Shown here: in pieces, positions 35,971 through 47,769 of the stretch | Layout: each line of letters opens with the position of its first letter | Numbering within the stretch: position 1 is the stretch's first letter | Origin: Histomonas meleagridis 2922-C6/04-290x | Taxonomy: Eukaryota > Protista > Parabasalia | Assembly (NCBI GenBank): GCA_020184695.1 | Contig: JAANOX010000108.1 | Coordinates: 23,180 to 87,179, forward strand | Direction: 5' to 3' | DNA length: 64,000 nucleotides | Position numbers and translations under genes: made by a program | Notes under the pieces: generated by a model | Databases searched by the model: none | What the model was told of the DNA's origin: nothing | The model's input: the letters and a program-made list of their open reading frames with translations, nothing else

Positions 35971-36277
35971 AAGTTTAAATTTTGATTTTTTATCATTTTG
36001 ATGTATTAAATTCTTCCACACATTGTGTGTTCACAAGAGCTACTGATTATATTTTAAAAACTTAAAAATACTTTGAAATTTTGCGAAATTTATTCTGAAA
36101 AAAGAGAAAATAAAAATACTTTTAATTTTAATTTAATATTTACTGCATGAAGTAATATATGTTAATGAATAGTAAATGATTATAAAATGAGATATTTTCA
36201 TTTAAAACGAGCTGACCCAATTAAGGCGCCTTAATAAATTTTGGCACTTTTATTTGTTCTTAGCTGCGGTTTTTTGA

Positions 36278-37567
36278 ATGTCATTCGACGGTTGTAAGAC
36301 TTCACAAAAACCAATGTCCAAACCACGTGTTGCTTATTTCTACGATGAAGAAATAGGGAATTTTTACTACGACGAAAAGCACCCGATGAAACCTGTACGA
36401 GTTCGTATGACTCATGACTTAGTTCTTGCTTATGGTCTTCATAAGCATCTTCAAGTTTTCCGGCCACGACGAGCAACACCAGTTGAAATGATGCGTTTTC
36501 ACTCACCAGAGTACATCAAATTTTTACAGACTGCTACACCCGAGAATTGTCAAAACAACATTCAAGATTGCACCAAATACTGCATTGGTTATGATTGTCC
36601 AATATTCGACGATCTTTTTGAGTACTGCCAAATTTCTGCAGGTGGGTCTATTTCCGGTGCCCAACGTCTTAATTCAGGCCTTTGTGACATTGCCATAAAT
36701 TGGGCTGGTGGACTTCATCATGCCAAAAAAGAAGCACCATCAGGCTTTTGTTATGTAGCTGATTGTGTTCTAGGCATTATGGAGCTTCTTAAATACAATC
36801 CACGAGTCATGTACATTGACATTGACATTCATCATGGAGATGGAGTTGAAGAAGCTTTCTATGACAGCGACCGAGTTCTTACAGTGTCCTTCCACAAGTT
36901 TAGCGAGGACTTCTTCCCCGGCACAGGCCACGTTTTTGATGTTGGGGCCGGACTTGGCAAATACTATGCCGTTAACGTTCCCCTCCGAGATGGGATGACT
37001 GATGATGCGTATGCAGCCATTTTCAAGCCAGTCATCAAGCACCTCATTGATTGGTTCCGTCCGACTGCGATACTTCTTCAGTGCGGATCTGATTCGCTTG
37101 TCGGCGACCGTTTAGGGTATTTTAATTTATCAACATATGGACATGGCGCATGTGTAGCATATGTCAAATCTTTTGGTATTCCAATGTTAGTAGTTGGAGG
37201 AGGCGGTTATACAAAGACAAGTGTCGCAAGATGTTGGGCATATGAAACATCGATTTTAGTTGATCAAGAAATTTCGAACGATTTACCAGAAACAGATTAT
37301 TATAACTTCTATAGACCTTCTTATAAGTTACATTTGGTGCCAGAAAAAAAACGTAATATGAATAGTCCGGAATATTTGGAAAACTTGTTCATGCACGTGA
37401 TTGAAAACTTAAGACATTTGCCAGGATCGCCTTCTGTCCAAATGCAGGAACTACCGCCAAGAGACATGATACTCTCTGTGATGAACGAAAAATGTAAGTA
37501 CCCAGACGTGAGTAATCAGTTCTTGAGAAGACTGGAAATACAAGAAGAGGAACAAGACGAATACTAA
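36278..37567 (+). CDS. HDAC: Class I histone deacetylase (RPD3/HDAC1-3-like); probable ATG 36314
   Basis: HPMKPVRV, AINWAGGLHHAKK, YIDIDIHHGDGVEEAF, QCGSDSLVGDRLG, GGGGY. Confidence 0.95.
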   Translation: MSFDGCKTSQKPMSKPRVAYFYDEEIGNFYYDEKHPMKPVRVRMTHDLVLAYGLHKHLQVFRPRRATPVEMMRFHSPEYIKFLQTATPENCQNNIQDCTKYCIGYDCPIFDDLFEYCQISAGGSISGAQRLNSGLCDIAINWAGGLHHAKKEAPSGFCYVADCVLGIMELLKYNPRVMYIDIDIHHGDGVEEAFYDSDRVLTVSFHKFSEDFFPGTGHVFDVGAGLGKYYAVNVPLRDGMTDDAYAAIFKPVIKHLIDWFRPTAILLQCGSDSLVGDRLGYFNLSTYGHGACVAYVKSFGIPMLVVGGGGYTKTSVARCWAYETSILVDQEISNDLPETDYYNFYRPSYKLHLVPEKKRNMNSPEYLENLFMHVIENLRHLPGSPSVQMQELPPRDMILSVMNEKCKYPDVSNQFLRRLEIQEEEQDEY

Positions 37568-38072
37568 ACGATGTGATTTAAGTAACTTTTGAAAAAAAAT
37601 TCGCCAATTATCATATTTAAATTTATGACCTACACGTTATATATTCCATGGTATCCATTGGATAGGCCTTTTTTCACAATTTGTGCTGTCTTGGGCAATG
37701 TTGGCCAATTTATTTTTCAACATTGAATTTGTGCAGTCATTCTGAGGTTTTAATCGGAACATATTTGTAGCCGTTTATTATTTTTTGAACACAATAAACG
37801 GTCGTAACAATGGCGAGTTGGAGAGAAATAAGGTAATAACGGGATTGTAATATCATTTTAGGGTTTACCTAAATTTTAATGTTTTTATTCTATTATTTAT
37901 CTACACATAGATACCACATGGATAATGCCAAAACTGCAAGCCATGTAAGTATATGAATAAATTTTTATAATGAATATCATACATTTCAGGAAGTGTGAAA
38001 CATTTTCCTTCAGTAACAATTTGGGGTGTTAAAAAGAAAAAAATCAAATGTTATTTAATGATTGACTTAGCC

Positions 38073-38633
38073 TCATTGAACATAGCATCCATCTTTCTTT
38101 TTTCCTTTTTTGGAAGGTTTTTTGCTGCTATTGGTCAACGAATTCTTCAAAGCTTTTAATAGTTCATCGAAAAGCTCGTTAATCCCTGTGTTCTCTTTTA
38201 CGTTTACTTCGACAACTTGGCAGCCAACCATTTCGGCGAAAGATCGACCTTCAGAAATTGGAACTTCATCAGGTTTGTCAGAAGTTTTTACAGCGCCAAT
38301 AACACAAGGAAACCTCTTCTTCACCTCTTTGATCTCATTGTAATCATCTTTTAATTTCATGAGGGAAATTAGATCTTCAGTGGAATATAAAAATATAAAC
38401 GCATCATATTTTGATATACTGCGTTGGCGCAGCTGGTGCACGGAAGCTGAATAAATGTCACTATCGCTGATTTTTATTGTAATTTCTTGACCTTCAAATT
38501 CAATGGTTTTGCTGAAATCGTCATCAAGTGTTGGTGAATATTTTTCAGTAAATTCTCCACGAACGTAGTAAAGTATAATATTTGTCTTATGGCATTTTTC
38601 ATCACCCATCAGCAGAATGTTAATGGTGTCCAT
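38073..38633 (-). CDS. Ras/Rap-like small GTPase with degenerate nucleotide motifs; probable ATG 38633
   Basis: Effector region EKYSPTLDDDF, polybasic tail and CYVQ CAAX-like end; the P-loop reads GDEKCHKT and the G3/G4 motifs are lost. Confidence 0.75.
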   Translation of the reverse strand: MDTINILLMGDEKCHKTNIILYYVRGEFTEKYSPTLDDDFSKTIEFEGQEITIKISDSDIYSASVHQLRQRSISKYDAFIFLYSTEDLISLMKLKDDYNEIKEVKKRFPCVIGAVKTSDKPDEVPISEGRSFAEMVGCQVVEVNVKENTGINELFDELLKALKNSLTNSSKKPSKKGKKKDGCYVQ

Positions 38634-40145
38634 TTTAAAATAAATGCCAAATGTCAGAAAATATTGAATTAAGAAATTCGGCTTGTTTGAATGTTTGAAC
38701 AGGAACGCCACGGATAGCCTTTTCTTGTAAATTTAGTCCATAATATAATATCATATAGAATGTATAAAGTTAATCTTTTTTTAAATAAAAATGTTAAGAT
38801 AAAATTAATTTTTCGCCGGAATATTTTTAGTGTAATATGTTTTTTTTTTTGAATCGAACGATACAATAAACTATTATATTTCTAAAAAAGTGTATAAATT
38901 TGTTAGAAAAACATGATTGATTTTATTTTAAGGAATTTTCTTTAACTCCATCTCATCCATTTGAATATTCAAAAAGAACAAAGACGAATTTTGTTACGTT
39001 CCTGTTGCTTTTAAATTTGCATTAAATTTTGCAATTTAAAGATGAAGGTTTAATTTTTGACCGTTTATTATCAGAGGCTGATGCAAGCATCACAAATGAG
39101 GTTTTCCAGTAAGGTTGGAAAGAATATATCTTCAATATAAGCTACATATTTAAAGCAGACATAATTGGACCAACAAATTTACAAAAATATATGAAAAACA
39201 TTAGATATTCAGAACAAATAATAAGCGCATATGACTATTATTTTAGTACATGGAAATTAAATTCATAAATATTAAATTTATAAAAAAAAATTTTTATTTT
39301 TTTTATTTGGTGGTATGGGTATAAACGTTCTCGTGAAAACGTTAAAATTTTAAATTTTTTTGGAAATATACGAAATTAGAATTCCATAGTAAAAATATAT
39401 TTATTTCATACATAGGCAAACTTTTTTTAATAAGAAGAAACATGATTAAATTATATAATAATATAATAAGATATTTTTATTTTATACCCTCAAAAGGGTA
39501 AATTGAATTAAAAGTGACATAAGTTCTCAATTTTTTACCTATCTGACACCGAGTAAACTATTCAATTGCAGATGGAAGCTATCAAATTTTGGAAATTAAT
39601 TCATGAAATGAATTTGATATATTTTTCAAAATTACATACTTGTATCCAAAATTTATCTAATTTCAAAGATTTTATCAAGACAGATTTTTGAAATTTTGCT
39701 TATATCAAAATTAATCACAATTATTCCATATTTCAAAAACAGCTCATAGATTTCTCTTGACATAAATTATTTTATTTTTTGTTAATTTTAAGCAAGTATG
39801 AACTTAAAAATTTGTTTTAAATTTAAATTTTTATATGTGAAATTGGTTCTCCAATCAGTGATACTTAGAATGATTTCTTGAAAATTATTTCGTACCACTA
39901 AAATATCTTACTATCATCATATAGGTAGATTTAAAATATTCACTAAAATTTAAAAATTTTCTGAAATAAAAAAGAAAAATGAATTTTAAGTTTTTGAAAC
40001 GACCGTTTATTATCCGAGGCGGTCTTTTTGAACGCACCTCTTCAAATTTTGAGTTTATTACACAAAAGTGACAATCAAACATTTTCAGAGAAAGCGACCA
40101 ATTTAAAACCGTTAATGTTCACCACGATTTCACTTTTTTGAGGAA

Positions 40146-40481
40146 ATGTCCACCACTTCGTATTATACATTTCACGGAAAAGTTCAATATGCAATGTTCC
40201 GCCAAACAATCATGAGAGGTGCAATTAAACGTGGAATTCTTGCAGGTGCAACAAATTGTACAGATGATAAAAACAAAGTAATTGCTACATTTGTTGGGGA
40301 TAAAGACAAAATCAATGACCTTGTTAAAACATTAGGAAGCGGTAAAGTGCTTAATTCATGGAACGCACAAGTTACCTCATACGAAGAAAATGAATCTGGT
40401 CTCCCAGTTGAATCGCACGAAGTCACAACAAAAAATGTTGACCAAATTAATTGGCCGGGTGAAGTTGAAATTTACATTTAA
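40146..40481 (+). CDS. Acylphosphatase-fold protein
   Basis: FHGKVQYAMFRQ resembles the acylphosphatase GxVQGVxFR motif; 111 aa; Inr TCACTT upstream. Confidence 0.6.
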   Translation: MSTTSYYTFHGKVQYAMFRQTIMRGAIKRGILAGATNCTDDKNKVIATFVGDKDKINDLVKTLGSGKVLNSWNAQVTSYEENESGLPVESHEVTTKNVDQINWPGEVEIYI

Positions 40482-41266
40482 AACTAATTTAGTTTCACTT
40501 ATTTCAAAATACATGAATCGTATCTGTGCATTTTTTTTTAGTATGGTGTGATTTAATTTTGTTAAAGTTTATATGCATTTTCTTTTGTGTAAAAATGATT
40601 TGCATTTATGAGCAATTGAAGTGAATGCCTTATATGTAAACAATTAAAATCAACCCCCATATAAGATCAAAAATATTTTGGCGGTGAGCATTAAATCTTT
40701 ATATATTGCTACACACTTCATTAATTACAAAAAATATTAAATGTTTTTCCATGTCAATTAAAAAAATGCTTTTTATCAATGCTCTTCACTTTTTAATTAC
40801 AATTCCATAAAAGTAATAAATTTAATTTTAAAATAAATCAATTTTTGTTTCATTACCTATTAGGATATTCTAGTACTGTTGTTGTTTAAATTTTGTAACA
40901 TATACTTGGGATAATAAATACATTTAGCCATATATGAATTGTTTTTTTAATTAAGTTAATTTTTTTTCTTCAAAAAATTTTTGCAATTTTTAATCGTATA
41001 ACGGTCTCCAATATGGATAAACAGTCAAAAGTCATATTGAAATCTCATTGAAAAGCGATGGTTCCATAAAAAAACCTCCATTCACAAAATTTTTATACAA
41101 AGAAATTTCACAAGGTCCGGATTTCATTTTTCCGTTTTGATTTTTCAACCAGAAAAAAATAAACAATTTAAATTTCGGTGAAGATTGTCCATCGTTTTTG
41201 ATTGAGAAAATTAAAAATACGGCATTATTTGTATTTTATTGAACAATTTTATCTCTTTATTCTAAT

Positions 41267-42547
41267 CTAAGATCTAATATTTCTAGCAGTTTCAAATTTC
41301 TGATAAGGATAATTTTTCTTATTATTAACAATACTTGGTCTTGCAATCCTAAAAGAAGCTTTCCCAAGGTCTACTATCTTGAAGTCGTTTGATCCATTTG
41401 AGTGTTTTGCCAACACATTCAAGTTTTTATCTATGAGTAGAGGATTTATATGTGTATTTGTAACAGATCTCGAAGTGTTATATTGTGTTATGATCTTCTT
41501 TCCAAGTGGAAGAGGAGGTATTTTTACTCCTGTCGTACGCGATGATCTTAATGTTTTTGGTAATGGTGGAAATGCTTCATGAATTGCATCAGATCTATTC
41601 AAATATGGTATCTGTTGGAAGCAAAATGCTTCTCTTTTACCATTCGAACAGATTTTAAGGACACCTGACATATTCTGAGTTGCTCCACAATATTCTGATG
41701 CAGAGAAAACAGTAATTCCTTTGCCATGGAACTCTACACCATCTCCTACGCATTCATGACCTCGAATGAAGAGGTCAAAATGGTTGGAATTAAGAAAATC
41801 ATCTAATACATCATTTCCATATAAATACCCTATACCTCGATGGGAAAGCTCGTAGCCTGATAGGTTTGCCAAGGGATCACTCCAGAGCAGGGTAGCAACA
41901 ATTTTGTTTGAAAAATCTGTTATTGGTCTTTGCAAAGATTTGATCTGATCGACACTTTCAAGGTTTGGACCAATTCCCCCGTGGGCACAGAGTATTTTGT
42001 CATTAATAATTGCAGCAAGAGGTATGTAGGAGAAGGCAGTAACAAAAAATTTGAAAATGGAAGCATCATAAAACAGTCCAAGAGCCTCATCTAAGAATCC
42101 ATTCCTAGCACAGACTTCTTCGAACTCATGGTTTCCTCTGACTATGTAGATATGGTTTGGGTATAAGTACTTCATGGTAAAAACAAGTACTATAGTTTCC
42201 AGAGAGAACGGCCCCCTGTCAACAAGGTCTCCCAAAAACAAATATTTCTGTTGAGGCGGAAAACCAAATTTTGCCAAAATTCTAAAAAGATCAAGTATAT
42301 GGCCATGGATATCACCTATGATTATAATGTCATCACACTTAAGTTCAAGGCATACAGGCTCTTCTTTAAATGTTTGTTCTAGGCTTTGGCATAAATTTTT
42401 CAATAATATTGAAGAAACAAGAGGGAAAACGAGCTGAGCTTTTTTTGTTCCATAGTCCCGCACATCTGTAAGAGTCAATTTCTTCATTAATTCAAGTAAG
42501 TGCATGAATGCTTCTTTAGGGTCCATTGAACAAAATTTGGGATTCAA
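41267..42547 (-). CDS. PPP-family Ser/Thr phosphatase (PP1-like) with basic C-terminal extension
   Basis: GDIHG, GDLVDRG, RGNHE, HGGI, LLWSDP, IRGHE. Confidence 0.93.
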   Translation of the reverse strand: MNPKFCSMDPKEAFMHLLELMKKLTLTDVRDYGTKKAQLVFPLVSSILLKNLCQSLEQTFKEEPVCLELKCDDIIIIGDIHGHILDLFRILAKFGFPPQQKYLFLGDLVDRGPFSLETIVLVFTMKYLYPNHIYIVRGNHEFEEVCARNGFLDEALGLFYDASIFKFFVTAFSYIPLAAIINDKILCAHGGIGPNLESVDQIKSLQRPITDFSNKIVATLLWSDPLANLSGYELSHRGIGYLYGNDVLDDFLNSNHFDLFIRGHECVGDGVEFHGKGITVFSASEYCGATQNMSGVLKICSNGKREAFCFQQIPYLNRSDAIHEAFPPLPKTLRSSRTTGVKIPPLPLGKKIITQYNTSRSVTNTHINPLLIDKNLNVLAKHSNGSNDFKIVDLGKASFRIARPSIVNNKKNYPYQKFETARNIRS

Positions 42548-43111
42548 AATCTTGCATTGAATTTTGAAAATTATACCAACTTTTTGAGAGATTTTATAAA
42601 AAACAATTATGGGTTACCCAGCAGGAACGAGCGAGACCAAGCCGCTTAATTTATCACAATTTTTTGTATGCATCCACAACTTACGGTAATTTAACTCAAA
42701 AATTAGGAGAACCTTTCAAATATTTTGAAAGGCTGCGTGGGAAAAAACCTTTCCAGAAACCAGAATCAGTAAAATGCCACTAAGCGTAACTTAATATCTA
42801 TTCATATTTGAGGTAAGTAAAGGAAGAAATATTGAACTTTTTATAAAAATGTGGAATTTTTACTTGCAAATAAGCATTTTTCGTTTCGATCCAAGGGCTA
42901 TACGTTTATTTTTATATTTGAAAAAGTTGATTTTTATGATATCGGTAACTCAGGTTGCAACCGCCTTTCGATAATGGTTTTAATCAGAAAGTAAAACAGA
43001 ATGACAACTTTCATGGTTTTATAAATATATAACGAATTGCAGTTAGTTCTTAGAAGTTGCGAACAATTAAAATTTCAAAACATCACTTTATTTTTTTTAC
43101 AAACAATAATG

Positions 43112-44536
43112 TTATTCTAAAACAGATAACAAACATATTGACTTTTGTGCAATTACTTCATTTTCGCTTTCAGTTAAGCTTTGCAATATTTCATATCCTG
43201 AGCACTCTGCAAACTCATTCACAAAATTCTCAATTTTGTCACATGCAACAAAAGATTGCAAAACGCAACGCAACGCATCCAAAGCTCTTTCTGTCATTTG
43301 GTGATTTCCAATATTAGTTTCAATCATCTGAATAAATATCGGAAGTATTCCAAGCTCAACTATTAGCATTTTTTGTTGTATGTTTCCGTTTTGAATCAGC
43401 ACCAAAAATGCTTCCATTGCGGCTTCTTTTGATTTATATGATCCATCATTAAATATTATTTCGAGTGCAAGATTTACTCCAACTCTCAAAAGCTCCTCGA
43501 TTACGTATTCATATTTAAAGCATGTTCCAAAAAATACAGCTGCTACAGTGTAAAATAAATCATCTTCATTCACACAATTGATGACATGTGATGCGAAAGC
43601 GGTTATTATGGAAAGTGACGGCAATTGAATTTTGGCGTATTCAATTGAAATCAAAAAAGATTTTGTTCTTGTTATTTGTGAATCTGCGCAACGAACAACA
43701 AAATCTAATAGGCCTAAATTATTAAATGGAATAAACCAATTCGAATGTAATGTTGTTATTTCTAAAATTGTTGAAATAAGATCGTTTGTGAATTGATGAA
43801 AAATATTTTGTTGAATTATTATTGAAATAATTTTGATGTTATTATAAATGCATTCATCAGATAATGGAAATAAAAGATAGAAATGAATAAAGCTAATAAC
43901 AAAAGTGATAAAATCGGAATTGAAGCTAAAAACATCAAAAAATTGTAGTTGAATCATTTGAAGCATTGAAGAAAGAAATTCAGTTGGTAGAGAAAGAGAA
44001 TTTAAAACGGCTTGAAAAAAATTAGATGCGTTCTGATCAACGACTAAGAAAACATCGTTTTGCATTTGAAAGATCATAGATAAAAAATTTATATCATTAT
44101 CACTCAATGGTAATTCTGATATAACTGCAGTACAGATAGTGAACAACCTTGAAAAATATTCCAATTCTTGAGGAGTTTGGAGGACAAAGTTAATTAAATT
44201 AATGATCGAACATTCACTACAATTTTTTTCAAATAAAATATTTGGTACTGAAACATGTTTTCTATTTGTTTCATTTTGATTTATTTGGATATCAAACATT
44301 TCCTTTAATTTTTTAATCATTAAAACTTGAGTATCTTCCTGCAATTTAAAAGCATCAAAATGCAGAAAATATTTTGGTCTGTTAATACTTAAATTCATTT
44401 TGCATTTTTGTTTATAGGAAATCATTAGGATTTTGGAATCATGGCACTTTTGGATAAACTTTCGTCTCTGTTTACCAAGAAGAAAACTTACTTGAACGTA
44501 TTTATTAAATAAAACCAAGCACAAAAACATACACAC
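43112..44536 (-). CDS. Hypothetical helical-repeat (ARM/HEAT-like) protein
   Basis: 474-aa intact ORF; C-terminal part has ARM-like periodicity (SKEAAMEAFLVLIQ, ERALDALRCVL, IAQKSICLL). Start uncertain. Confidence 0.6.
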   Translation of the reverse strand: MCMFLCLVLFNKYVQVSFLLGKQRRKFIQKCHDSKILMISYKQKCKMNLSINRPKYFLHFDAFKLQEDTQVLMIKKLKEMFDIQINQNETNRKHVSVPNILFEKNCSECSIINLINFVLQTPQELEYFSRLFTICTAVISELPLSDNDINFLSMIFQMQNDVFLVVDQNASNFFQAVLNSLSLPTEFLSSMLQMIQLQFFDVFSFNSDFITFVISFIHFYLLFPLSDECIYNNIKIISIIIQQNIFHQFTNDLISTILEITTLHSNWFIPFNNLGLLDFVVRCADSQITRTKSFLISIEYAKIQLPSLSIITAFASHVINCVNEDDLFYTVAAVFFGTCFKYEYVIEELLRVGVNLALEIIFNDGSYKSKEAAMEAFLVLIQNGNIQQKMLIVELGILPIFIQMIETNIGNHQMTERALDALRCVLQSFVACDKIENFVNEFAECSGYEILQSLTESENEVIAQKSICLLSVLE

Positions 44537-44600
44537 ACAAGTGATATCTTTAAGTTACATTTATCAAGGTTTAAAAAAATTGTGTATTATTTTCATTTGT

Positions 44601-44939
44601 TTACTCAGTCTTTTCCTTGATCATTTTGAGGATTTCGGATTCACCTGCATCGATGATAGTAATAACAGATGAGCGGAAATATTTACCGCATGCTGTACCG
44701 AGGTCAACATTATCACCATCAAAAGGAAGGATATCACATTGACTGAGCATTGCATAGTATTCGATTAAAGACTTCTGTGATGGAGCAATGTTTGATGCGA
44801 AGATAACAAGTTTGGCCTGGCCTGAACGAAGAGTTCTGAGTGTCTGTTCAATACCAAGGCTATATTTTCCTGATTTTGTAACAAGACTAAGGCTGCTGAT
44901 AATTGATTCACGAGCTTTAGTGATGTTTTTTCTTCCCAT
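44601..44939 (-). CDS. RPL30: 60S ribosomal protein L30 (eL30)
   Basis: LVTKSGKYSLG, LRSGQAKLVI, IEYYAMLS, DLGTACGKYFR, IIDAGES. Confidence 0.96.
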   Translation of the reverse strand: MGRKNITKARESIISSLSLVTKSGKYSLGIEQTLRTLRSGQAKLVIFASNIAPSQKSLIEYYAMLSQCDILPFDGDNVDLGTACGKYFRSSVITIIDAGESEILKMIKEKTE

Positions 44940-44945
44940 CCTGAT

Positions 44946-44971
44946 AAAGGCAAGACCATGTCATAACCGCT
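44946..44971 (-). promoter_or_regulatory. M3 (AGCGGTTA) plus M5 (CCTTT) core promoter of RPL30
   Basis: The minus strand reads AGCGGTTA...CCTTT-ATCAGG-ATG, matching the Trichomonas M3 and M5 elements. Confidence 0.65.
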
Positions 44972-45037
44972 ATTTCCATTGGAAAATGAAAAAGTGCAGG
45001 AACAGACGGGGCACCCCTTATCTCGGGAGAATACGTT

Positions 45038-45994
45038 ATGAGCGAAATTGTTGTTTTCCCAGAACAATTTTCCTTCGATGTAAGGCAACAACGCAACAAT
45101 CCACGACGCCGTCTAACAATTAAGAACTGCGGAATTATGGCATCCAAAATAACCATTTCAATACCAGATACAAACTTTTTTACGATTACAGACAGTCAAG
45201 GCAGGACTATCACTAGCAAACACACTATAAACATGATTCCAAATTCATCCGAATATTTTTTTATCCAAAAGAAATCCAATGTAAGCATTGTTCCGGAAGA
45301 TCAAATTGTTATTTCTAGTGGTAACAAGATTCACACAATCAAATTAAAACCAACTGTATCTATGATATCCTTAGATGATTTAGAATCAGTAGCATCGAAT
45401 GATATTCAATCGTCAAGATCTGTTCTATCAGATAAAGCCAAAGCTACACCAACTAGCACACCCAGGCAACAAACCTTCATGTCTCCGCCAGATTCCAAAA
45501 CATCTAATTCAAAGCAAAGTAAAATTTCTCGAATCAAACCACCATCAAAAAAGATAACTCATATTGAAAATACGACAAATCCACCGAAGCAGCCATTACA
45601 CAACAAAGATGCCGACATTCTTGAGTTCACAGCTTCTGAATTTGAGATTCCAAAGACGAACAGCATAAAAGAAGAAAGTTCTTCATCTAACAGTGACGCC
45701 ACTTCAGACGTTGATGTTCTTGAGCAATCTCTTCATGTAAAGTTTGCACTAAAAGATGACTCATTTATTCCCCGACCACAAAGTCTCTCAAAGCAAATAA
45801 ACTGGTACAAAAAAGATGCGTTTAATGATGTTGAAGAGCCGAACTTCTCATTTGAGCTTGCAATGACTGGAAGCAAAGACGATCCAATCTTTTGCATTGA
45901 TGGCGATTATTATGATTCCTCAGGAAGGCTTCTTAGTGTTCAACAAGGCAAACCGCGTGCTGTTTTTGTGACGGAAGATGGTTATGTAGAATAA
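45038..45994 (+). CDS. Hypothetical protein with N-terminal MSP/PapD-like Ig-fold and Ser/Pro-rich linker
   Basis: Intact 318-aa ORF; IVVFPEQFSF...RRLTIKNCG start pattern; divergent from RPL30. Confidence 0.55.
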   Translation: MSEIVVFPEQFSFDVRQQRNNPRRRLTIKNCGIMASKITISIPDTNFFTITDSQGRTITSKHTINMIPNSSEYFFIQKKSNVSIVPEDQIVISSGNKIHTIKLKPTVSMISLDDLESVASNDIQSSRSVLSDKAKATPTSTPRQQTFMSPPDSKTSNSKQSKISRIKPPSKKITHIENTTNPPKQPLHNKDADILEFTASEFEIPKTNSIKEESSSSNSDATSDVDVLEQSLHVKFALKDDSFIPRPQSLSKQINWYKKDAFNDVEEPNFSFELAMTGSKDDPIFCIDGDYYDSSGRLLSVQQGKPRAVFVTEDGYVE

Positions 45995-46019
45995 GAAAAA
46001 TTACTCTTTCTTCTTCTTT

Positions 46020-46240
46020 GTTGAACCCAGGAGATCTTTGTGGAACAACACCGACTGAACTGTTCAATTCTTCATCATTATGGATAGCAAGCATGATGAT
46101 CATCAGCTCGAGCTTCATTTCCGGTAAGTTTGAATGTAGGGTATTCTGGAACTGCGGACATGAAGACTTCACGAAGGAAACAATGTAAACGGTCAACTGT
46201 AAATTGAGTTCCTGCGCCAAGGATGTAGGCTTTCTCTATC
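46020..46240 (-). pseudogene. Histone H2A pseudogene fragment
   Basis: Frame 1 AGTQFTVDRLHCFLRE...SAVPEY...LTGNEAR resembles AGLQFPVGRxHRxLR...AAVLEY...LAGNAAR; the shifted frame gives LAIHNDEELN, resembling LAIRNDEELN; internal deletions. Confidence 0.72.
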
Positions 46241-46819
46241 AACAGATGTTTTTGTGGCTGCCTTCTAAACACCTTTCTTAGCTGGCATAAAAAATTATGA
46301 AATAATGACATCAAATTATAGAAACCTCAACTCATTTATTTAGAAGTGACTACCATATATATGTAATTACATATATTTTGAGTGCTCTACATTTAATTTC
46401 TCCTTTTGAAAATTATAGAACTAAAATGGCAGTTGATTTCATTCAAATATATTGGTTCAAAAAATTATTACCTAAAATGGCATTTTAACCTTCCTTTTTC
46501 TCAACAAAAAAACAATGTTTCATTCACCAGTTATCAAAAGATGTTTGTATGTTTGACTATACCAATGAGTTAAAAAGAATTTTTAATATATCTGTAGATG
46601 TCATATCTGAACTCGATTTGAAAATTTCTTGCTTACTAATTGTGACACACAATATGAGTAAAAAAAAATAAACAGAACGGTGTTTATTATTAAATTTATA
46701 AATTTACTCATGAATGAAAGAGGAAATTTTTTCACAAATGTCACATCACATGTCGTGAACTTTTTGAATTGTTAATAGAAATAATATGATATTAAGGATT
46801 TAAATTTTTGATTTGATAA

Positions 46820-47431
46820 TCAACAGCAACCTTTACCATCCTTCTCTGGCTTTTGGTCGACAGCAATTTCAGACGAAAGATCGTCCTCAAAATGTAAACC
46901 TGGAATCATGGCAGCACGCGTAAACAAATCAGAAACACCCATTCCAGTCTTTGCAGATACTTCTATATAAAACTCTGCTTCAATTTCTTGTGCATATCTT
47001 TCTCCTTCTTGTTCGCTAATAACTCTTTGTATTGTTAAATCTGATTTGTTTCCAACCAGAACAAATTTTACGTATTCTGGTGCTCTTGTTTGAAGAAGCT
47101 TAACAAAGCTTCCAATTTGGTTCAAAGATTCATGGTTTGTCAAATCAAAAACAAGAAAAGCAAGTGCAGCCCCACTAAAATACATTGGAGCTAAAGATCG
47201 GTACCTCTCCTGTCCAGCTGTATCCCATATGTTGAAATCAACTTTCGATTCGCCAGTATCAATTTCAACTCTACAATTGGCAGCACCAACTGTTGCTTCT
47301 TCACCTTCTGTAAAGGTGTTGTTGACAATTCGAGCAATGATACATGTCTTTCCGACACCTGCATCACCGGCAAAAACTGCCTTAACTTTTCTCATCTGAG
47401 TTTTGCGGTTACTTCTTTTTGAATGAACCAT
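46820..47431 (-). CDS. Rab GTPase (Rab5/21/22-like signature)
   Basis: GDAGVGKT, WDTAGQERYRSLAPMY, GNKSD, SAKTG, terminal CC. Confidence 0.93.
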   Translation of the reverse strand: MVHSKRSNRKTQMRKVKAVFAGDAGVGKTCIIARIVNNTFTEGEEATVGAANCRVEIDTGESKVDFNIWDTAGQERYRSLAPMYFSGAALAFLVFDLTNHESLNQIGSFVKLLQTRAPEYVKFVLVGNKSDLTIQRVISEQEGERYAQEIEAEFYIEVSAKTGMGVSDLFTRAAMIPGLHFEDDLSSEIAVDQKPEKDGKGCC

Positions 47432-47769
47432 ACGGTTACAAATATGGAATCTTCCCGCGAGAAGAGTATCGAATTCTTCTGGGGATAAATCTTAATAAAA
47501 AAACAAATATTACCGAAAAAAATTTGATTTGTTCTTAGATTAGGTTAAGTTCGAATATAAAAAAAAAAAGATACCAAATATCAAATTTGCTAAATAAACT
47601 AGATGAAAAATTAATCATTGGAAACTCATAGACTATTTATGTTTTACGTACAAAAATGTTTTATTATCTTGAGTCTGACTTTTTTGGCTGTTTACTTTGC
47701 CATTTGTCGTACGATTCGTTTTCAATTGAACGATTCGTAAACATTTGAAAATATGCCAAACCGTTTTTA

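Noticed and set aside
46078-46314. Integrase core (GTQFT) in this ORF
   Set aside because: Better explained as frameshifted histone H2A (AGLQFPVGR, AVLEY, LAIRNDEELN).
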